DNA of 64,000 nucleotides from positions 134,544-198,543 of the forward strand of contig PLXZ01000001.1 of the NCBI GenBank assembly GCA_003151615.1, written 5' to 3'. This document shows positions 57,987 through 64,000 of this stretch, in pieces (position 1 is the first letter of the stretch; every line of letters begins with the position of its first letter). This DNA is from Candidatus Tayloriibacteriota bacterium. Its GTDB lineage: Bacteria > Patescibacteriota > Minisyncoccia > Phycocordibacterales > PALSA-1337. A model generated the notes under the pieces. It did not search any database. It was not told where the DNA came from and was given only the letters and a program-made list of their open reading frames with translations. The position numbers and the translations under genes are program-made.

Positions 57987-58292
57987 ATGTCAAATAAAAT
58001 TAAACATACCGAAAAATGTGAACAAGAGTTGGGGTGTTCATTTCCGGAAGTAGATGCTTACTTAGATCAGTTTTTTATTGAGGGAGGCGATGATAGCCAT
58101 CGTCAGCAACTCCATCATACCGAAGGTGTTGAGGAGATTCGCAGGGTATTCAGTGAACAACATGGTTCTGAATATGGTAACCGAGCGGCTCGGGCCGCAG
58201 AGATACATATCATGGAGGATTTCGGCATTGACCATGTTCCAACGAGGAATGAAGTTCTTAACAGACTTCTAGCTTTCAAACAAGCGAACTAA
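57987..58292 (+). CDS. Small His-rich protein resembling DUF6915
   Basis: SD AAGGAGG; pattern H...D...HR..LHH.EG...E.HI.ED.G..P; family recalled from memory, not searched. Confidence 0.55.
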   Translation: MSNKIKHTEKCEQELGCSFPEVDAYLDQFFIEGGDDSHRQQLHHTEGVEEIRRVFSEQHGSEYGNRAARAAEIHIMEDFGIDHVPTRNEVLNRLLAFKQAN

Positions 58293-58305
58293 TAAAACCT
58301 AATCA

Positions 58306-58343
58306 ACCGCACAAGTTCCATAAACTTCGTGCGGTTCTTTTTG
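58306..58343 (+). terminator. Intrinsic terminator
   Basis: AACCGCAC-AAGTT...AACTT-C-GTGCGGTT followed by CTTTTT. Confidence 0.65.
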
Positions 58344-58388
58344 TATAGAAAGAAAGAGGTCACATTTATAATTACGTTTAAATTGAGA

Positions 58389-58631
58389 TTAAATCAACCC
58401 CGCTTTTTTCAAAGTCTTGAAAGCTCCGTGTTTCTGAATCGTTTTCAGTCCGCGCGTCGAGATGACGAGATTGATTGTTTTCTTCAGTTCGGGAATATAG
58501 ATTTTTTTCTTCTGGAGATTGGCATATTTGCGAACCATTCCCGTGGGATTGAATTGGGTTGCACGAGTGCGGTTTGAGTACCCGCCTCCCATTTTCGAAC
58601 TTTTTTGTGTGATTGCGCAGACTTTTGCCAT
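58389..58631 (-). CDS. rpmB: 50S ribosomal protein L28
   Basis: MAKVCAIT.K...R...NLQ...ISTRGLKT. Confidence 0.9.
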   Translation of the reverse strand: MAKVCAITQKSSKMGGGYSNRTRATQFNPTGMVRKYANLQKKKIYIPELKKTINLVISTRGLKTIQKHGAFKTLKKAGLI

Positions 58632-58671
58632 AAAATTAAGTGAGCTGTCATGGTATCATAATCATTAAATT

Positions 58672-59295
58672 ATGCAAACACTTCAAGCCACGCCAGTCAT
58701 TTTCGAGATAATCGTCCTTATATTTTCCATCATCATTCACGAAATATCGCACGGATATGTCGCGGAACTTTTGGGCGACCCGACGGCGCGTCTGCAGGGA
58801 AGACTGACCCTCAACCCGCTTAAACATATTGATCCCATCGGCTCAATTTTGGTTCCGATAATCACGGCCTTCAGCGGTTTCGCTTTCGGCTGGGCGAAAC
58901 CCGTTCCGTACAATCCTTATAATCTGAAGAATCGCCGGACAGGGGAATTGCTCATTGCCGCCGCCGGACCGGCTTCAAATTTTCTCATCGCTTTCGTGTT
59001 CGGTCTGTTCATACGTTTCGGCATCGGCGGTTCAATCATATTTTTACAATTGTGCGGATATATTGTTCTTATAAATATAAGTCTGGCAGTTTTCAACCTC
59101 ATTCCGTTTCCGCCGCTCGACGGCTCGAAAATTCTTTTTGCCGCGTTTCCGCAGAGCCCGCACTGGATGCAAATTCGTCGCAATATCGAGCAGTATTCGA
59201 TTTTTCTCGTTTTGATTCTGGTTATTTTTCTCTGGCAATTCATTACGCCGATAATTCCGGCATTTTTCTACGTCTTCACCGGCGTACAGATTTGA
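58672..59295 (+). CDS. Site-2 protease (M50 family)
   Basis: HEISH, GD.T....GRLTLNP, GWAKPVP, AGPASN and FNLIP.PPLDG motifs. Confidence 0.93.
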   Translation: MQTLQATPVIFEIIVLIFSIIIHEISHGYVAELLGDPTARLQGRLTLNPLKHIDPIGSILVPIITAFSGFAFGWAKPVPYNPYNLKNRRTGELLIAAAGPASNFLIAFVFGLFIRFGIGGSIIFLQLCGYIVLINISLAVFNLIPFPPLDGSKILFAAFPQSPHWMQIRRNIEQYSIFLVLILVIFLWQFITPIIPAFFYVFTGVQI

Positions 59296-59381
59296 CTTTT
59301 TGTTATTGATGTACTATAGTTTTTTCAGAAGCGGACAGAGTCCGCGTTTTCATTTGAACTTCAACAATCAACTGTTTTCTT

Positions 59382-59762
59382 ATGTCTAAAAAAATTGAAA
59401 TATTGCTCGGTCTGACCCCTCTTCACGACGGCAAACCTAACCCGGGTCATCCCACTCATGTCCTGCACTACTCTTTCTTCGTCAACAGTTTGCCTTTTGA
59501 CGTCAATACGATGTATGTCTCTCCTCACGAGGGTAATATCTTTGTCGGCAGGAATGAATTTGGCCGGCGCATCAGCAAAATGGCGGAATACGCATGCTGT
59601 TCGGAAGTTGTCATTATTAATGGCGTCGCCCGGGGGGAATTCAAGGACAAAAAATACAAAATAAACGTCGTCGAGAAAATTGACCACGCTTGTCTCGTCG
59701 AATTCATCAAAAAATTCTTGCCGGATTTGAGCATAGAATTTGTCGATGAAGGCGTGTCCTGA
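59382..59762 (+). CDS. Hypothetical protein
   Basis: 126-aa ORF followed by terminator ATGGGGGCC-TCGC-GGTTCCCAT-TTTTTT. Confidence 0.55.
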   Translation: MSKKIEILLGLTPLHDGKPNPGHPTHVLHYSFFVNSLPFDVNTMYVSPHEGNIFVGRNEFGRRISKMAEYACCSEVVIINGVARGEFKDKKYKINVVEKIDHACLVEFIKKFLPDLSIEFVDEGVS

Positions 59763-59840
59763 CGCATTTGTTTTAAAGTCACTTTCATGAATGGGGGCCT
59801 CGCGGTTCCCATTTTTTTTATTTAATGTTACCATTTCAGT

Positions 59841-60236
59841 ATGTTAATCACCGCGGCAATCGCGAAAATTCACAGGGCAGTCGTCACTCAGGCCGAACTT
59901 GATTATGTCGGCTCCATTACCATCGATTCCGATTTGCTTGCCGCATGCGGAATGAAGGAGTTTCAGATGGTTCACATTAATAATGTGGCAAACGGCAAGC
60001 ATTGGGAGACATATATATTGGCTGGTCCCGCAGGCAAAGGAGATATTTGCCTCAACGGCCCTCCGGCTCGGCTTTTTTCACCCGGAAATATCGTCATCAT
60101 CATCGCTTACGCCCAAATGGAACCTTCGGAATTGAAGGGAGGTCCGACCGTAGTTTTTGTCGATGAAAAGAACAAAATCACGAAAATAAAAAAGCACGAC
60201 GACATTGCAATCGGCGCAACGACAGAGACGGCATAA
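59841..60236 (+). CDS. panD: Aspartate 1-decarboxylase
   Basis: KIHRA.VT.A.L.Y.G|SITID self-cleavage site, ETY, NG..AR. Confidence 0.92.
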   Translation: MLITAAIAKIHRAVVTQAELDYVGSITIDSDLLAACGMKEFQMVHINNVANGKHWETYILAGPAGKGDICLNGPPARLFSPGNIVIIIAYAQMEPSELKGGPTVVFVDEKNKITKIKKHDDIAIGATTETA

Positions 60237-60416
60237 AATCTTGCCTTTTTTCGCGCTTTGTAGTACATTACTTCCACGTTGCAAAACGTAATTATCAGAA
60301 AATAAGGGTGAGTAATTCAGGGCGGTAGGCTAAATCCTCAAGGATTTGCCACTCAAACCTCCTTCGAGTGAAAAAAATCAGCCTTATTGCAAGTTTTAAA
60401 TTAATTCAGCATATAA

Positions 60417-60839
60417 ATGCCAACAATCAATCAATTGGTCAAGAAAAATCGCGCGCGCTTCACCCGAAAATCAAAGTCGGTTGCCTTGACGCGCAGTTTC
60501 AACTCGATCAAAAACCGTCCGAACTTTTTTCCGGCTCCTTTTAAACGAGGCGTCTGCATAAAGGTGACGACAAAGACTCCGAAGAAGCCTAACTCTGCCA
60601 TCCGAAAAATCGCCCGCGTGCGACTTTCAAACGGCATGGAAGTTACGGCGTACATTCCGGGAGAAGGACACACATTGCAGGAACACTCGGTCGTTTTGCT
60701 CCGAGGCGGTCGCGTCAAGGACGTAGGTCTTCGCTATTCAGTAGTCCGAGGAGTTTTGGACTGCGTCGGCGTTGAAAAGAGACGAAAAGGTCGCAGCCAG
60801 TACGGAAACAAAAAGCCAAAGGCGGCGAAGGCGGCTTAA
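60417..60839 (+). CDS. rpsL: 30S ribosomal protein S12
   Basis: [30 protein letters not shown]. Confidence 0.98.
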   Translation: MPTINQLVKKNRARFTRKSKSVALTRSFNSIKNRPNFFPAPFKRGVCIKVTTKTPKKPNSAIRKIARVRLSNGMEVTAYIPGEGHTLQEHSVVLLRGGRVKDVGLRYSVVRGVLDCVGVEKRRKGRSQYGNKKPKAAKAA

Positions 60840-60878
60840 TCCCGATCAATCCGTAAATTTCTAATCTAAAATAAAAAC

Positions 60879-61349
60879 ATGCGAAGAAAAGTAAATAACA
60901 GAAATATCGTCGGTCCCGAAATGGTATACAGCTCTGTGAAAGTAGGGAAGCTCATTAACTATGTCATGTACGACGGCAAGAAAAATGCGGCGCGCACGAT
61001 CGTGTATGACTGCCTCAATGCAATAAAAGACCAGGCAAAAGTCACCGATCCGATTGAAGTATTTGAAACCGCACTTAAAAACACGGCTCCGCAGATGGAA
61101 GTTCGCTCACGCCGCGTCGGGGGCGCCAACTATCAGGTTCCGCGCGAAGTCCGTCCTGAACGCCGCCAGGCTTTGTCGATGAAATGGATTGTCGAGGCTG
61201 CCCGTTCAAAGAAAGGCAAGTCGCTTTCCCTCAAACTCGCCGACGAAATCATCCTCGCTTCAAAAAACGAAGGAGAAGCAGTCAAGAAGCGCGAGAATAC
61301 CCACAAGATGGCAGAAGCAAACAAAGCGTTCGCTCATTTCGCTTGGTAA
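60879..61349 (+). CDS. rpsG: 30S ribosomal protein S7
   Basis: RRVGGANYQVP, HKMAEANKAFAHFAW. Confidence 0.98.
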   Translation: MRRKVNNRNIVGPEMVYSSVKVGKLINYVMYDGKKNAARTIVYDCLNAIKDQAKVTDPIEVFETALKNTAPQMEVRSRRVGGANYQVPREVRPERRQALSMKWIVEAARSKKGKSLSLKLADEIILASKNEGEAVKKRENTHKMAEANKAFAHFAW

Positions 61350-61379
61350 CTTCGAAAAGTCTCTTTTTAAGAAAACAGA

Positions 61380-61416
61380 AATTAAAGAACGCCCCGTCTC
61401 GGGGCGTTCTTTAATT
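61380..61416. terminator. Bidirectional terminator (perfect 17-bp inverted repeat)
   Basis: AATTAAAGAACGCCCCG-TCT-CGGGGCGTTCTTTAATT between convergent genes. Confidence 0.8.
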
Positions 61417-61471
61417 ATGTGCCAGTCATTTTAGTTTTTTAATCTGCTAACGATGATGTTGTTCATCAAGG

Positions 61472-63037
61472 TTATGTTGTTGAAGCCGTACTCGTGCTTG
61501 TGCTTGTCGCGTTCGGCAACGTCATGAAGCTTGAAGCCGATGACGTCGACGTACCGGCTGAATCAGCTGAGCTGACCGCGAAATAATACGTGGTCGAGGC
61601 GTTGAGACCGAAGATATTCACTGTATGGGCCATGATAGGCACCGCACTATGAACCGCCTGCGTTGTCGTTGCTCCGATTACCGGCGTGCTGGTCGAATAA
61701 TAGATTGTCGAATCGGAGTTCTGATCAGTCGTCCAGGCTACCGTCGCCGTTGACGTTCCAATTACCGAGGCATTGACCCCACTAATGACCGGAATTGTCG
61801 TCGATGAAGTGGTTGAAGCCTGCGTCACTGTCACTGTCGTCGTTGTCGACATCGTCAGACCGGACGTATTTTCAGCTGTAAACGTAATAGTATACGTTCC
61901 CGGATTTGCGTAGGTGTGGCTGAAAGTCGACGACTGGAGATAGACCGGCTGACTCAATGCAGCGAACAGGGCCATTATTCCATTGCCCGTATCGCCCCAT
62001 TTGACGGAATAGGCGAGCGCTTCATTTCTCGGATCATAGGCGTTGACCGTCCAACTTCCCTGGGTTCCGACCGCTATCGAGCTCGAGCCCGTAACCGAAG
62101 TTACGACCGGAGCCGTATCAGCGGGACCCGGAGTGGTAAAGGATACCTGAGCCGACGTGCTCAAGTTTCCCCTCGAATCAGCCGAGCCGACGATTGCGTA
62201 ATAGGTCGTTCCCGCGGAAAGACCCGTCAAGGTGACGCTATGGTCGAAGACTTTAGCCGGATGCGATACCTGAGGAGTTCCGGATGCGCTGACCGGTGAA
62301 GTCGTCGAATACCAGACCTGGCTGTCCGAATTTTCATTCGTGTTCCAGGTCAGGACTGCCTGATGAGGCTTTGTCGAAGTCGCGTTGACGTTCGATATGA
62401 CAGGACCCGATGTTGACGTGACGACATTGACCGTCACCGACGAAGTTGTCGTCAAGCCGGCGCTATCCTTGACCGTGAACGTGACGGTGTAGACGCCCGC
62501 AGTGCTATATGAGTGCGTGAACGTCGCCGTCTGCGTGAACACTTGGGCTAGTGCCGCGAACAATGCGTGTATTCCGCTCGTGTCACCCCAGTTGACGGAA
62601 TAACTCAGGTTGCCGTTCTGCGGATCCGAAGCGCTGACGTTCCAGGTACCCGTTTGTCCGACATTGAGAACCGTCGGCGAAGATACGCCGCTTATGGTCG
62701 GAGGTTGATTGGCTGTTGTTGTCGTGGAAGAGGTAGTCGAAGAAGTTGAGCCGCCGTTACGTTTACCGGTCAGCCCATCACCCCAGCCATTGTTATGGCC
62801 GAAGAAGTTCCACCAGTCATTGCCGTTGTTTTGCGGAATGGGAGCCGGAGGTGTCGAATGCGTTGGATTCGGAGGATCGTGCCTCTGGCTCTGGTTGTTA
62901 TTATTCTGATAATGATTTCCGCTGTCGTTGCCGTGGACTATCGACGGTCCGGCGGCAAAAGCGGAGAATGGCAAGAGCACCGCGAGAGCGATCCCCGCTG
63001 TACTGATTGCCAAACGATTGTTGAATGATTTTTTCAT
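61472..63037 (-). CDS. Secreted protein with tandem PKD and fibronectin-III-like domains (duplicated PKD-FN3 unit)
   Basis: Signal peptide; two Y.V.WGD...HxY...G.Y PKD-like units alternating with two W.T...SDS...Y...L...TTYY units; ATG start at 63037. Confidence 0.82.
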   Translation of the reverse strand: MKKSFNNRLAISTAGIALAVLLPFSAFAAGPSIVHGNDSGNHYQNNNNQSQRHDPPNPTHSTPPAPIPQNNGNDWWNFFGHNNGWGDGLTGKRNGGSTSSTTSSTTTTANQPPTISGVSSPTVLNVGQTGTWNVSASDPQNGNLSYSVNWGDTSGIHALFAALAQVFTQTATFTHSYSTAGVYTVTFTVKDSAGLTTTSSVTVNVVTSTSGPVISNVNATSTKPHQAVLTWNTNENSDSQVWYSTTSPVSASGTPQVSHPAKVFDHSVTLTGLSAGTTYYAIVGSADSRGNLSTSAQVSFTTPGPADTAPVVTSVTGSSSIAVGTQGSWTVNAYDPRNEALAYSVKWGDTGNGIMALFAALSQPVYLQSSTFSHTYANPGTYTITFTAENTSGLTMSTTTTVTVTQASTTSSTTIPVISGVNASVIGTSTATVAWTTDQNSDSTIYYSTSTPVIGATTTQAVHSAVPIMAHTVNIFGLNASTTYYFAVSSADSAGTSTSSASSFMTLPNATSTSTSTASTT

Positions 63038-63191
63038 TTGTTTTTTGCAATTAGCTGATAATGTTGTGCGCGCATAGCGCAAGACTGGCACAGCATTTGG
63101 CCTTCGACGTGGCCATGCTCTTAGGCTGACGGAGTCTTCGAAAATACATTTCACTCTTTACTGTTTTTTGCCGCTGTGCTCTTGTGAAAAT

Positions 63192-63231
63192 AAAAAAACC
63201 GACCCACTTTCGCGGGCCGGCTTGGTTTTTT
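63192..63231. terminator. Intrinsic terminator after the leuB-like gene
   Basis: AAAAAACCGACCCAC-TTTC-GCGGGCCGG...TTGGTTTTTT. Confidence 0.55.
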
Positions 63232-63237
63232 CACTGA

Positions 63238-64000
63238 TCACAGAATTTTCCGGAGAACCAATTCGCCCATTTCACTGCAGCCGAGCACTTTTGTGCACCC
63301 GGGTTCGGCGATGTCGGTTGTGCGGTAGCCTTCTTTCAGGACATCGCGAACAGCTTGCTCAATGGCAATTGCTCCGTTATCGGCGGCAATATGACGCAAA
63401 AGCATGGCTCCGGTAAGAATGCGGCCCAGTGGATTGGCCTTATCTTGCCCTGCCAATGTAGGGGCTGTCCCGGCGCCGCTTTCAAACATTGCCTGCATTG
63501 TATCGGGATTTACCGCGGAGCTGTGCATCAGTCCCATACCGCCGACCATTTCGGCTGCACCGTCGGAGAGGATGTCCCCGTGCTCGTTGCCGCAGGCGAT
63601 GACGCCGCGAAGTTCCTTCGGCTTGAACAAAAGCATGTTCGCCGAGTCAACCAGCTGATGCCGGTAGGAAACCTCGGGGAATTCTTTTGCAATCCGGTCA
63701 ACGATCTTGCGCCAGTAGGCGTAGCGAGCCATCACGTTTGCCTTGTCCACCGATGTGAGCGGCAACCCCATGTTCCGAGCGTAGCTGAATGCCATACGGA
63801 AGTATTTTTCGATGGTCTCACCACGGTAATAGGCGAGTTCGCTGACCAGCGTCTCATTTCCAGTGACGTCTTTTTTGAGTTTCAATCCGAGATCCCACGC
63901 TGTCGCTGGCGGCACAAGCTCCAACATGTCTTGCGTTCCGAAGTAGCTATCCTCCAGAAGAAACCGGATGAAGGTCATGTTGACGCCTTCCTCCGGAATG
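63238..64000 (-). CDS. Isocitrate/3-isopropylmalate dehydrogenase family protein (5'-truncated by the window)
   Basis: VDKANV, LVD, N..GDILSD, E...G.AP..AG...ANP, A.LLR and GYRT.DI motifs; frame open to the window end. Confidence 0.88.
   Translation of the reverse strand, partial: IPEEGVNMTFIRFLLEDSYFGTQDMLELVPPATAWDLGLKLKKDVTGNETLVSELAYYRGETIEKYFRMAFSYARNMGLPLTSVDKANVMARYAYWRKIVDRIAKEFPEVSYRHQLVDSANMLLFKPKELRGVIACGNEHGDILSDGAAEMVGGMGLMHSSAVNPDTMQAMFESGAGTAPTLAGQDKANPLGRILTGAMLLRHIAADNGAIAIEQAVRDVLKEGYRTTDIAEPGCTKVLGCSEMGELVLRKIL

Noticed and set aside
57882-58132. 12-bp direct repeat CCGAAGGTGTTG around the start of the DUF6915-like gene
   Set aside because: One copy is inside the CDS, so it does not bound an element; the length is compatible with chance
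62360-62380. CTGATGA-GGC-TTT-GTC-GAAG, hammerhead-like core
   Set aside because: GAAG instead of GAAA, no stem I or III, and antisense within a CDS
63060-63150. Hairpin-rich leader of the PKD/FN3 gene as a riboswitch
   Set aside because: Stems are present, but there is no recognisable aptamer core or expression platform

Overview
This 64-kb window is bacterial chromosome in the standard code (TGA used as stop). The gene content points to a Patescibacteria/CPR organism (Parcubacteria-like; inference): type IV pilus/competence genes, CPR-style secreted repeat proteins, membrane-anchored solute-binding proteins and a trigger factor lacking its FKBP domain. Most of the window is housekeeping: rsmA, pcrA, comM, rpsO, a Xer recombinase, xth, cca, four tRNAs, hup, rny, clpP, rsmE, tig, ppa, nusA, pilB/pilC with minor pilins, tpiA, pgk, recJ, rnhA, a split comEC, sod, rpmB, panD, rpsL-rpsG and a partial leuB-like gene. 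The standout signal is in an accessory block between hup and rny (about 21.1-32.2 kb). There, a near-consensus sigma70 promoter divergent from a TrmB regulator heads the arrangement ORF-A, type III hammerhead ribozyme, ORF-B, second type III hammerhead, Liv-type ABC solute-binding gene. Both hammerheads have complete catalytic cores and GUC cleavage sites, so the RNA could cut itself into single-gene pieces and release a 594-nt ORF-B fragment that might circularise. Other signals: two parS sites inside cca with nearby DnaA-box-like motifs (origin-proximal?), a structured ORF-less ~300-nt intergenic RNA candidate, a dispersed GGCT-N6/7-AGCC motif, a Pro-rich uORF before rny, and structured nusA and rpsL leaders. 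All functional calls come from motif recognition by eye; no database searches were run.
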